Positions 15,001-30,000 of a stretch of DNA of 64,000 nt are shown piece after piece; within the stretch, counting starts at the first letter, position 1; each line of letters opens with the position of its first letter. A program made the position numbers and the translations under genes. The stretch spans positions 88,226,001 to 88,290,000 of the forward strand of contig OZ024740.1 in NCBI GenBank assembly GCA_964016885.1. The letters run 5' to 3'. The notes below the pieces were generated by a model, which saw only the letters and a program-made list of their open reading frames with translations, made no database searches and was not told the DNA's origin. The stretch is from Eledone cirrhosa. Lineage: Eukaryota.

Positions 15001-18000
15001 CAACACTGACACAGCAACATGTTGTGGTAGAGATAACGGTGTCAGTAACACCAGTAATACAATGGCATGTTGTGGTAGAAGTATGACAGTAACAACAACA
15101 ACACTGACACAGCAACATGTTGTGGTAGAGATAACGGTGTCAGTAACACCAGTAATACAATGGCATGTTGTGGTAGAAGTATGACAGTAACAACAACACT
15201 GACACAGCAACATGTTGTGGTAGAGATAACGGTGTCAGTAACACCAGTAATACAATGACATGTTGTGGTAGAAGTACGACAGTAACAACAACAACACTGA
15301 CACAGCAACATGTTGTGGTAGAGATTACAGTGTCAGTAACACCAGTAATACAATGACATGTTGTGGTAGAAGTATGACAGTAACAACAACAGGACTGACA
15401 CAGCAACATGTTGTGGTAGAGATAACGGTGTCAGTAACACCAGTAATACAATGACATGTTGTGGTAGAAGTATGACAGTAACAACAACAACACTGACACA
15501 GCAACATGCTGTGGTAGAGATTACAGTGTCAGTAACACCAGTAATACAATGACATGTTGTGGTAGAAGTATGACAGTAACAACAACACTGGCACAGCAAC
15601 ATGCTGTGGTAGAGATAACAGTGTCAGTAACACCAGTAATACAATGACATGTTGTGGTAGAAGTATGACAGTAACAACAACACTGACACAGCAACATGCT
15701 GTGGTAGAGATAATAGTGTCAGTAACACCAGTAATACAATGACATGTTGTGGTAGAAGTATGACAGTAACAACAACACTGACACAGCAACATGCTGTGGT
15801 AGAGATTACAGTGTCAGTAACACCAGTAATACAATGACATGTTGTGGTAGAAGTATGACAGTAACAACAACAACACTGACACAGCAACATGCTGTGGTAG
15901 AGATTACAGTGTCAGTAACACCAGTAATACAATGACATGTTGTGGTAGAAGTATGACAGTAACAACAACACTGACACAGCAACATGCTGTGGTAGAGATA
16001 ATAGTGTCAGTAACACCAGTAATACAATGACATGTTGTGGTAGAAGTATGACAGTAACAACAACACTGACACAGCAACATGCTGTGATAGAAGTAACAGT
16101 GGCAGTAACACCAATAATACAATGACATGTTGTGGTAGAAGTATGACAGTAACAACAACAACACTGACACAGCAACATGCTGTGGTAGAGATAATAGTGT
16201 CAGTAACACCAGTAATACAATGACATGCTCTGGTAGAAGTATGACAGTAACAACAACACTGACACAGCAACATGCTGTGGTAGAAGTAACAGTGGCAGTA
16301 ACACCAGTAATACAATGACATGTTGTGGTAGAAGTATGACAGTAACAACAACAACACTGACACAGCAACATGCTGTGGTAGAGATAATAGTGTCAGTAAC
16401 ACCAGTAATACAATGACATGCTGTGGTAGAAGTATGACAGTAACAACAACACTGACACAGCAACATGCTGTGGTAGAAGTAACAATGGCAGTAACACCAG
16501 TAATACAATGACATGTTGTGGTAGAAGTATGACAGTAACAACAACAACACTGACACAGCAACATGCTTTGGTAGAGATAACAGTGTCAGTAACACCAGTA
16601 ATACAATGACATGTTGTGGTAGAAGTATGACAGTAACAACAACAACACTGACACAGCAACATGTTGTGGTAGAGATAACAGTGTCAGTAGCACCAGTAAT
16701 ACAATGACATGTTGTGGTAGAAGTATGACAGTAACAACAACAACACTGACACAACAACATGTTGTGGTAGAGACAACAGAGTCAGTAACACCAGTAATCC
16801 AATGACATGTTGTGGTAGAAGTATGACAGTAACAACAACAACACTGACACAGCAACAGGCTGTGGTAGAGATAATAGTGTCAGTAACACCAGTAATACAA
16901 TGACATGTTGTGGTAGAAGTATGACAGTAACAACAACACTGACACAGCAACATGCTGTGGTAGAGATAACAGTGTCAGTAACACCAGTAATACAATGACA
17001 TGTTGTGGTAGAAGTATGACAGTAACAACAACACTGACACAGCAACATGCTGTGGTAGAGATAACAGTGTCAGTAACACCAGTAATACAATGACATGTTG
17101 TGGTAGAAGTATGATAGTAACAACAACACTGACACAGCAACATGTTGTGGTAGAGATTACAGTGTCAATAACACCAGTAATACAATGACATGTTGTGGTA
17201 GAAGTATGACAGTAACAACAACAACACTGACACAGCAACATGTTGTGGTAGAGATTACTGTGTCAGTAACACCAGTAATACAATGACATGTTGTGGTAGA
17301 AGTATGACAGTAACAACAACAACACTGACACAGCAACATGTGGTAGAGATTACAGTGCCAGTAACACCAGTAATACAATGACATGTTGTGGTAGAAGTTT
17401 GACAGTAACAACAACAACACTGACACAGCAACATGCTGTGCTAGAGATAACAGTGGCAGTAACACCAGTAATACAATGACATGTTGTGGTAGAAGTATGA
17501 CAGTAACAACAACAACACTGACACAGCAACATGTGGTAGAGATAACTGTGTCAGTAACACCAGTAATACAATGACATGTTGTGGTAGAAGTATGACAGTA
17601 ACAACAACACTGACACAGCAACATGCTGTGGTAGAGATTACAGTGTCAGTAACACCAGTAATACAATGACATGTTGTGGTAGAAGTATGATAGTAACAAC
17701 AACACTGACACAGCAACATGCTGTGGTAGAGATAGCAGTGTCAGTAACACCAGTAATACAATGACATGTTGTGGTAGAAGTATGACAGTAACAACAACAA
17801 CAACACTGACACAGCAACATGCTGTGGTAGAGATAATAGTGTCAGTAACACCAGTAATACAATGACATGTTGTGGTAGAAGTATGACAGTAACAACAACA
17901 ACACTGACACAGCAACATGTTGTGGTAGAGATAACAGTGTCAGTAGCACCAGTAATACAATGACATGTTGTGGTAGAAGTATGACAGTAACAACAACAAC

Positions 18001-21000
18001 ACTGACACAACAACATGTTGTGGTAGAGATAACAGAGTCAGTAACACCAGTAATACAATGACATGTTGTGGTAGAAGTATGACAGTAACAGCAACACTGA
18101 CACAGCAACATGCTGTAGTAGAGATTACAGTGTCAGTAACACCAGTAAAACAATGACATGTTGTGGTAGAAGTATGACAGTAACAAGAACAACACTGACA
18201 CAGCAACATGTTGTGGTAGAGATAACAGTGTCAGTAACACCAGTAATACAATGATATGTTGTGGTAGAAGTATGACAGTAACAACAACACTGACACAGCA
18301 TCATGTTGTGGTAGAGATAACAGTGTCAGTAACACCAGTAATACAATGACATGTTGTGGTAGAAGTATGACAGTAACAATAACAACACTGACACAGCAAC
18401 ATGCTGTGGTAGAGATGACGGTGTCCGTAACACCAGTAATACAATGACATGTTGTGGTAGAAGTATGACAGTAACAACAACACTGACACAGCAACATGTT
18501 GCGGTAGAGATAAGAGTGTCAGTAACACCAGTAATACAATGACATGTTGTGGTAGAAGTATGACAGTAACAACAACAACACTGACACAGCAACATGTTGT
18601 GGTAGAGATAACAGTGTCAGTAACACCAGTAATACAATGACATGTTGTGGTAGAAGTATGACAGTAACAACAACAACACTGACACAGCAACGTGTTGTGG
18701 TAGAGATTACAGTGTCAGTAACACCAGTAATACAATGACATGTTGTGGTAGAAGTATGACATTAACAACAACAACACTGACACAGCAACATGTTGTGGTA
18801 GAGATGACAGTGTCAGTAACACCAGTAATACAATGACATGTTGTGGTAGAAGTATGACAGTAACAACAACAACACTGACACAGCAACATGTTGCGGTAGA
18901 GATAACAGTGTCAGTAACACCAGTAATACAATGACATGTTGTGGTAGAAGTATGACAGTAACAACAACACTGACACAGCAACAGGCTGTGGTAGAGATTA
19001 CAGTGTCAGTAACACCAGTAATACAATGACATGTTGTGGTAGAAGTATGACATTAACAACAACAACACTGACACAGCAACATGCTGTGGTAGAGATAACG
19101 GTGTCAGTAACACCAGTAATACAATGGCATGTTGTGGTAGAAGTATGACAGTAACAACAACAACACTGACACAGCAACATGTTGTGGTAGAGATAACGGT
19201 GTCAGTAACACCAGTAATACAATGGCATGTTGTGGTAGAAGTATGACAATAACAACAACAACACTGACACAGCAACATGTTGTGGTAGAGATAACGGTGT
19301 CAGTAACACCAGTAATACAATGGCATGTTGTGGTAGAAATATGACAGTAACAACAACAACACTGACACAGCAACATGTTGTGGTAGAGATAACGGTGTCA
19401 GTAACACCAGTAATACAATGGCATGTTGTGGTAGAAGTATGACAGTAACAACAACAACACTGACACAGCAACATGTTGTGGTAGAGATAACGGTGTCAGT
19501 AACACCAGTAATACAATGGCATGTTGTGGTAGAAGTATGACAGTAACAACAACACTGACACAGCAACATGTTGTGGTAGAGATAACGGTGTCAGTAACAC
19601 CAGTAATACAATGACATGTTGTGGTAGAAGTACGACAGTAACAACAACAACACTGACACAGCAACATGTTGTGGTAGAGATTACAGTGTCAGTAACACCA
19701 GTAATACAATGACATGTTGTGGTAGAAGTATGACAGTAACAACAACAGGACTGACACAGCAACATGTTGTGGTAGAGATAACGGTGTCAGTAACACCAGT
19801 AATACAATGACATGTTGTGGTAGAAGTATGACAGTAACAACAACAACACTGACACAGCAACATGCTGTGGTAGAGATTACAGTGTCAGTAACACCAGTAA
19901 TACAATGACATGTTGTGGTAGAAGTATGACAGTAACAACAACACTGGCACAGCAACATGCTGTGGTAGAGATAACAGTGTCAGTAACACCAGTAATACAA
20001 TGACATGTTGTGGTAGAAGTATGACAGTAACAACAACACTGACACAGCAACATGCTGTGGTAGAGATAATAGTGTCAGTAACACCAGTAATACAATGACA
20101 TGTTGTGGTAGAAGTATGACAGTAACAACAACAACACTGACACAGCAACATGCTGTGGTAGAGATTACAGTGTCAGTAACACCAGTAATACAATGACATG
20201 TTGTGGTAGATGTATGACAGTAACAACAACACTGACACAGCAACATGCTGTGGTAGAGATAATAGTGTCAGTAACACCAGTAATACAATGACATGTTGTG
20301 GTAGAAGTATGACAGTAACAACAACACTGACACAGCAACATGCTGTGGTAGAAGTAACAGTGGCAGTAACACCAGTAATACAATGACATGTTGTGGTAGA
20401 AGTATGACAGTAACAACAACAACACTGACACAGCAACATGCTGTGGTAGAGATAATAGTGTCAGTAACACCAGTAATACAATGACATGCTGTGGTAGAAG
20501 TATGACAGTAACAACAACACTGACACAGCAACATGCTGTGATAGAAGTAACAGTGGCAGTAACACCAATAATACAATGACATGTTGTGGTAGAAGTATGA
20601 CAGTAACAACAACAACACTGACACAGCAACATGCTGTGGTAGAGATAATAGTGTCAGTAACACCAGTAATACAATGACATGCTCTGGTAGAATTATGACA
20701 GTAACAACAACACTGACACAGCAACATGCTGTGGTAGAAGTAACAGTGGCAGTAACACCAGTAATACAATGACATGTTGTGGTAGAAGTATGACAGTAAC
20801 AACAACAACACTGACACAGCAACATGCTGTGGTAGAGATAATAGTGTCAGTAACACCAGTAATACAATGACATGCTGTGGTAGAAGTATGACAGTAACAA
20901 CAACACTGACACAGCAACATGCTGTGGTAGAAGTAACAATGGCAGTAACACCAGTAATACAATGACATGTTGTGGTAGAAGTATGACAGTAACAACAACA

Positions 21001-24000
21001 ACACTGACACAGCAACATGCTTTGGTAGAGATAATAGTGTCAGTAACACCAGTAATACAATGACATGTTGTGGTAGAAGTATGATAGTAACAACAACACT
21101 GACACAGCAACATGTTGTGGTAGAGATTACAGTGTCAATAACACCAGTAATACAATGACATGTTGTGGTAGAAGTATGACAGTAACAACAACAACACTGA
21201 CACAGCAACATGTTGTGGTAGAGATTACAGTGTCAGTAACACCAGTAATACAATGACATGTTGTGGTAGAAGTATGACGGTAACAACAACAACACTGACA
21301 CAGCAACATGTGGTAGAGATTACAGTGCCAGTAACACCAGTAATACAATGACATGTTGTGGTAGAAGTTTGACAGTAACAACAACAACACTGACACAGCA
21401 ACATGTGGTAGAGATAACTGTGTCAGTAACACCAGTAATACAATGACATGTTGTGGTAGAAGTATGACATTAACAACAACAACACTGACACAGCAACATG
21501 CTGTGGTAGAGATAACAGTGTCAGTAACACCAGTAATACTATGACATGTTGTGGTAGAAGTATGACAGTAACAACAACAACAACACTGACACAGCAACAT
21601 GCTGTGGTAGAGATAATAGTGTCAGTAACACCAGTAATACAATGACATGTTGTGGTAGAAGTATGACAGTAACAACAACAACACTGACACAGCAACATGT
21701 TGTGGTAGAGATAACAGTGTCAGTAGCACCAGTAATACAATGACATGTTGTGGTAGAAGTATGACAGTAACAACAACAACACTGACACAACAACATGTTG
21801 TGGTAGAGATAACAGAGTCAGTAACACCAGTAATACTATGACATGTTGTGGTAGAAGTATGACAGTAACAACAGCAACACTGACACAGCAACAGGCTGTG
21901 GTAGAGATAACAGTGTCAGTAATACCAGTAATACAATGACATGTTGTGGTAGAAGTATGACAGTAACAGCAACACTGACACAGCAACATGCTGTGGTAGA
22001 GATTACAGTGTCAGTAACACCAGTAATACAATGACATGTTGTGGTAGAAGTATGACGGTTATAACAACAAAACTGACACAGCAACATGCTGTGGTAAAAA
22101 TAACGCTGTCAGTAACACCAGTAATACAATGACATGTTGTGGTAGAAGTATGACAGTAACAACAACACTAACACAGCAACAGGCTGTGGTAGAGATTACA
22201 GTGTCAGTAACACCAGTAATACAATGACATGTTGTGGTAGAAGTATGACAGTAACAACAACAACACTGACACAGCAACATGCTGTGGTAGAGATAACGGT
22301 GTCAGTAACACCAGTAATACAATGGCATGTTGTGGTAGAAGTATGACAGTAACAACAACAACACTGACACAGCAACATGTTGTGGTAGAGATAACGGTGT
22401 CAGTAACACCAGTAATACAATGGCATGTTGTGGTAGAAGTATGACAGTAACAACAACAACACTGACACATCAACATGTTGTGGTAGAGATAACGGTGTCA
22501 GTAACACCAGTAATACAATGGCATGTTGTGGTAGAAGTATGACAGTAACAACAACAACACTGACACAGCAACATGTTGTGGTAGAGATAACGGTGTCAGT
22601 AACACCAGTAATACAATGGCATGTTGTGGTAGAAGTATGACAGTAACAACAACAACACTGACACAGCAACATGTTGTGGTAGAGATAACGGTGTCGGTAA
22701 CACCAGTAATACAATGGCATGTTGTGGTAGAAGTATGACAGTAACAACAACACTGACACAGCAACATGTTGTGGTAGAGATAACGGTGTCAGTAACAAGA
22801 GTAATACAATGACATGTTGTGGTAGAAGTACGACAGTAACAACAACAACACTGACACAGCAATATGTTGTGGTAGAGAATACAGTGTCAGTAACACCAGT
22901 AATACAATGACATGTTGCGGTAGAAGTATGACAGTAACAACAACAGGACTGACACAGCAACATGTTGTGGTAGAGATAACGGTGTCAGTAACACCAGTAA
23001 TACAATGACATGTTGTGGTAGAAGTATGACAGTAACAACAACAACACTGACACAGCAACATGTTGTGGTAGAGATAACGGTGTCAGTAACACCAGTAATA
23101 CAATGACATGTTGTGGTAGAAGTACGACAGTAACAACAACAACACTGACACAGCAACATGTTGTGGTAGAGATTACAGTGTCAGTAACACCAGTAATACA
23201 ATGACATGTTGTGGTAGAAGTATGACAGTAACAACAACAGGACTGACACAGCAACATGTTGTGGTAGAGATAACGGTGTCAGTAACACCAGTAATACAAT
23301 GGCATGTTGTGGTAGAAGTATGACAGTAACAACAACAACACTGACACAGCAACATGTTGTGGTAGAGATTACAGTGTCAGTAACACCAGTAATACAATGA
23401 CATGTTGTGGTAGAAGTATGACAGTAACAACAACAACACTGACACAGCAACGTGTTGTGGTAGAGATTACAGTGTCAGTAACACCAGTAATACAATGACA
23501 TGTTGTGGTAGAAGTATGACATTAACAACAACAACACTGACACAGCAACATGTTGTGGTAGAGATGACAGTGTCAGTAACACCAGTAATACAATGACATG
23601 TTGTGGTAGAAGTATGACAGTAACAACAACAACACTGACACAGCAACATGTTGCGGTAGAGCTAACAGTGTCAGTAACACCAGTAATACAATGACATGTT
23701 GTGGTAGAAGTATGACAGTAACAACAACACTGACACAGCAACAGGCTGTGGTAGAGATTACAGTGTCAGTAACACCAGTAATACAATGACATGTTGTGGT
23801 AGAAGTATGACATTAACAACAACAACACTGACACAGCAACATGCTGTGGTAGAGATAACGGTGTCAGTAACACCAGTAATACAATGGCATGTTGTGGTAG
23901 AAGTATGACAGTAACAACAACAACACTGACACAGCAACATGTTGTGGTAGAGATAACGGTGTCAGTAACACCAGTAATACAATGGCATGTTGTGGTAGAA

Positions 24001-27000
24001 GTATGACAATAACAACAACAACACTGACACAGCAACATGTTGCGGTAGAGATAACGGTGTCAGTAACACCAGTAATACAATGGCATGTTGTGGTAGAAAT
24101 ATGACAGTAACAACAACAACACTGACACAGCAACATGTTGTGGTAGAGATAACGGTGTCAGTAACACCAGTAATACAATGGCATGTTGTGGTAGAAGTAT
24201 GACAGTAACAACAACAACACTGACACAGCAACATGTTGTGGTAGAGATAACGGTGTCAGTAACACCAGTAATACAATGGCATGTTGTGGTAGAAGTATGA
24301 CAGTAACAACAACACTGACACAGCAACATGTTGTGGTAGAGATAACGGTGTCAGTAACACCAGTAATACAATGACATGTTGTGGTAGAAGTACGACAGTA
24401 ACAACAACAACACTGACACAGCAACATGTTGTGGTAGAGATTACAGTGTCAGTAACACCAGTAATACAATGACATGTTGTGGTAGAAGTATGACAGTAAC
24501 AACAACAGGACTGACACAGCAACATGTTGTGGTAGAGATAACGGTGTCAGTAACACCAGTAATACAATGACATGTTGTGGTAGAAGTATGACAGTAACAA
24601 CAACAACACTGACACAGCAACATGCTGTGGTAGAGATTACAGTGTCAGTAACACCAGTAATACAATGACATGTTGTGGTAGAAGTATGACAGTAACAACA
24701 ACACTGGCACAGCAACATGCTGTGGTAGAGATAACAGTGTCAGTAACACCAGTAATACAATGACATGTTGTGGTAGAAGTATGACAGTAACAACAACACT
24801 GACACAGCAACATGCTGTGGTAGAGATAATAGTGTCAGTAACACCAGTAATACAATGACATGTTGTGGTAGAAGTATGACAGTAACAACAACAGGACTGA
24901 CACAGCAACATGTTGTGGTAGAGATAACGGTGTCAGTAACACCAGTAATACAATGGCATGTTGTGGTAGAAGTATGACAGTAACAACAACAACACTGACA
25001 CAGCAACATGTTGTGGTAGAGATTACAGTGTCAGTAACACCAGTAATACAATGACATGTTGTGGTAGAAGTATGACAGTAACAACAACAACACTGACACA
25101 GCAACGTGTTGTGGTAGAGATTACAGTGTCAGTAACACCAGTAATACAATGACATGTTGTGGTAGAAGTATGACATTAACAACAACAACACTGACACAGC
25201 AACATGTTGTGGTAGAGATGACAGTGTCAGTAACACCAGTAATACAATGACATGTTGTGGTAGAAGTATGACAGTAACAACAACAACACTGACACAGCAA
25301 CATGTTGCGGTAGAGCTAACAGTGTCAGTAACACCAGTAATACAATGACATGTTGTGGTAGAAGTATGACAGTAACAACAACACTGACACAGCAACAGGC
25401 TGTGGTAGAGATTACAGTGTCAGTAACACCAGTAATACAATGACATGTTGTGGTAGAAGTATGACATTAACAACAACAACACTGACACAGCAACATGCTG
25501 TGGTAGAGATAACGGTGTCAGTAACACCAGTAATACAATGGCATGTTGTGGTAGAAGTATGACAGTAACAACAACAACACTGACACAGCAACATGTTGTG
25601 GTAGAGATAACGGTGTCAGTAACACCAGTAATACAATGGCATGTTGTGGTAGAAGTATGACAATAACAACAACAACACTGACACAGCAACATGTTGCGGT
25701 AGAGATAACGGTGTCAGTAACACCAGTAATACAATGGCATGTTGTGGTAGAAATATGACAGTAACAACAACAACACTGACACAGCAACATGTTGTGGTAG
25801 AGATAACGGTGTCAGTAACACCAGTAATACAATGGCATGTTGTGGTAGAAGTATGACAGTAACAACAACAACACTGACACAGCAACATGTTGTGGTAGAG
25901 ATAACGGTGTCAGTAACACCAGTAATACAATGGCATGTTGTGGTAGAAGTATGACAGTAACAACAACACTGACACAGCAACATGTTGTGGTAGAGATAAC
26001 GGTGTCAGTAACACCAGTAATACAATGACATGTTGTGGTAGAAGTACGACAGTAACAACAACAACACTGACACAGCAACATGTTGTGGTAGAGATTACAG
26101 TGTCAGTAACACCAGTAATACAATGACATGTTGTGGTAGAAGTATGACAGTAACAACAACAGGACTGACACAGCAACATGTTGTGGTAGAGATAACGGTG
26201 TCAGTAACACCAGTAATACAATGACATGTTGTGGTAGAAGTGTGACAGTAACAACAACAACACTGACACAGCAACATGCTGTGGTAGAGATTACAGTGTC
26301 ACTAACACCAGTAATACAATGACATGTTGTGGTAGAAGTATGACAGTAACAACAACACTGGCACAGCAACATGCTGTGGTAGAGATAACAGTGTCAGTAA
26401 CACCAGTAATACAATGACATGTTGTGGTAGAAGTATGACAGTAACAACAACACTGACACAGCAACATGCTGTGGTAGAGATAATAGTGTCAGTAACACCA
26501 GTAATACAATGACATGTTGTGGTAGAAGTATGACAGTAACAACAACACTGACACAGCAACATGCTGTGGTAGAGATTACAGTGTCAGTAACACCAGTAAT
26601 ACAATGACATGTTGTGGTAGAAGTATGACAGTAACAACAACAACACTGACACAGCAACATGCTGTGGTAGAGATTACAGTGTCAGTAACACCAGTAATAC
26701 AATGACATGTTGTGGTAGAAGTATGACAGTAACAACAACACTGACACAGCAACATGCTGTGGTAGAGATAATAGTGTCAGTAACACCAGTAATACAATGA
26801 CATGTTGTGGTAGAAGTATGACAGTAACAACAACACTGACACAGCAACATGCTGTGATAGAAGTAACAGTGGCAGTAACACCAATAATACAATGACATGT
26901 TGTGGTAGAAGTATGACAGTAACAACAACAACACTGACACAGCAACATGCTGTGGTAGAGATAATAGTGTCAGTAACACCAGTAATACAATGACATGCTC

Positions 27001-30000
27001 TGGTAGAAGTATGACAGTAACAACAACACTGACACAGCAACATGCTGTGGTAGAAGTAACAGTGGCAGTAACACCAGTAATACAATGACATGTTGTGGTA
27101 GAAGTATGACAGTAACAACAACAACACTGACACAGCAACATGCTGTGGTAGAGATAATAGTGTCAGTAACACCAGTAATACAATGACATGCTGTGGTAGA
27201 AGTATGACAGTAACAACAACACTGACACAGCAACATGCTGTGGTAGAAGTAACAATGGCAGTAACACCAGTAATACAATGACATGTTGTGGTAGAAGTAT
27301 GACAGTAACAACAACAACACTGACACAGCAACATGCTTTGGTAGAGATAACAGTGTCAGTAACACCAGTAATACAATGACATGTTGTGGTAGAAGTATGA
27401 CAGTAACAACAACAACACTGACACAGCAACATGTTGTGGTAGAGATAACAGTGTCAGTAGCATCAGTAATACAATGACATGTTGTGGTAGAAGTATGACA
27501 GTAACAACAACAACACTGACACAACAACATGTTGTGGTAGAGACAACAGAGTCAGTAACACCAGTAATACAATGACATGTTGTGGTAGAAGTATGACAGT
27601 AACAACAACAACACTGACACAGCAACAGGCTGTGGTAGAGATAATAGTGTCAGTAACACCAGTAATACAATGACATGTTGTGGTAGAAGTATGACAGTAA
27701 CAACAACACTGACACAGCAACATGCTGTGGTAGAGATAACAGTGTCAGTAACACCAGTAATACAATGACATGTTGTGGTAGAAGTATGACAGTAACAACA
27801 ACACTGACACAGCAACATGCTGTGGTAGAGATAACAGTGTCAGTAACACCAGTAATACAATGACATGTTGTGGTAGAAGTATGATAGTAACAACAACACT
27901 GACACAGCAACATGTTGTGGTAGAGATTACAGTGTCAATAACACCAGTAATACAATGACATGTTGTGGTAGAAGTATGACAGTAACAACAACAACACTGA
28001 CACAGCAACATGTTGTGGTAGAGATTACAGTGTCAGTAACACCAGTAATACAATGACATGTTGTGGTAGAAGTATGACAGTAACAACAACAACACTGACA
28101 CAGCAACATGTGGTAGAGATTACAGTGCCAGTAACACCAGTAATACAATGACATGTTGTGGTAGAAGTTTGACAGTAACAACAACAACACTGACACAGCA
28201 ACATGCTGTGCTAGAGATAACAGTGGCAGTAACACCAGTAATACAATGACATGTTGTGGTAGAAGTATGACAGTAACAACAACAACACTGACACAGCAAC
28301 ATGTGGTAGAGATAACTGTGTCAGTAACACCAGTAATACAATGACATGTTGTGGTAGAAGTATGACAGTAACAACAACACTGACACAGCAACATGCTGTG
28401 GTAGAGATTACAGTGTCAGTAACACCAGTAATACAATGACATGTTGTGGTAGAAGTATGATAGTAACAACAACACTGACACAGCAACATGCTGTGGTAGA
28501 GATAGCAGTGTCAGTAACACCAGTAATACAATGACATGTTGTGGTAGAAGTATGACAGTAACAACAACAACAACACTGACACAGCAACATGCTGTGGTAG
28601 AGATAATAGTGTCAGTAACACCAGTAATACAATGACATGTTGTGGTAGAAGTATGACAGTAACAACAACAACACTGACACAGCAACATGTTGTGGTAGAG
28701 ATAACAGTGTCAGTAGCACCAGTAATACAATGACATGTTGTGGTAGAAGTATGACAGTAACAACAACAACACTGACACAACAACATGTTGTGGTAGAGAT
28801 AACAGAGTCAGTAACACCAGTAATACAATGACATGTTGTGGTAGAAGTATGACAGTAACAGCAACACTGACACAGCAACATGCTGTAGTAGAGATTACAG
28901 TGTCAGTAACACCAGTAAAACAATGACATGTTGTGGTAGAAGTATGACAGTAACAAGAACAACACTGACACAGCAACATGTTGTGGTAGAGATAACAGTG
29001 TCAGTAACACCAGTAATACAATGATATGTTGTGGTAGAAGTATGACAGTAACAACAACACTGACACAGCATCATGTTGTGGTAGAGATAACAGTGTCAGT
29101 AACACCAGTAATACAATGACATGTTGTGGTAGAAGTATGACAGTAACAATAACAACACTGACACAGCAACATGCTGTGGTAGAGATGACGGTGTCCGTAA
29201 CACCAGTAATACAATGACATGTTGTGGTAGAAGTATGACAGTAACAACAACACTGACACAGCAACATGTTGCGGTAGAGATAAGAGTGTCAGTAACACCA
29301 GTAATACAATGACATGTTGTGGTAGAAGTATGACAGTAACAACAACAACACTGACACAGCAACATGTTGTGGTAGAGATAACAGTGTCAGTAACACCAGT
29401 AATACAATGACATGTTGTGGTAGAAGTATGACAGTAACAACAACAACACTGACACAGCAACGTGTTGTGGTAGAGATTACAGTGTCAGTAACACCAGTAA
29501 TACAATGACATGTTGTGGTAGAAGTATGACATTAACAACAACAACACTGACACAGCAACATGTTGTGGTAGAGATGACAGTGTCAGTAACACCAGTAATA
29601 CAATGACATGTTGTGGTAGAAGTATGACAGTAACAACAACAACACTGACACAGCAACATGTTGCGGTAGAGATAACAGTGTCAGTAACACCAGTAATACA
29701 ATGACATGTTGTGGTAGAAGTATGACAGTAACAACAACACTGACACAGCAACAGGCTGTGGTAGAGATTACAGTGTCAGTAACACCAGTAATACAATGAC
29801 ATGTTGTGGTAGAAGTATGACATTAACAACAACAACACTGACACAGCAACATGCTGTGGTAGAGATAACGGTGTCAGTAACACCAGTAATACAATGGCAT
29901 GTTGTGGTAGAAGTATGACAGTAACAACAACAACACTGACACAGCAACATGTTGTGGTAGAGATAACGGTGTCAGTAACACCAGTAATACAATGGCATGT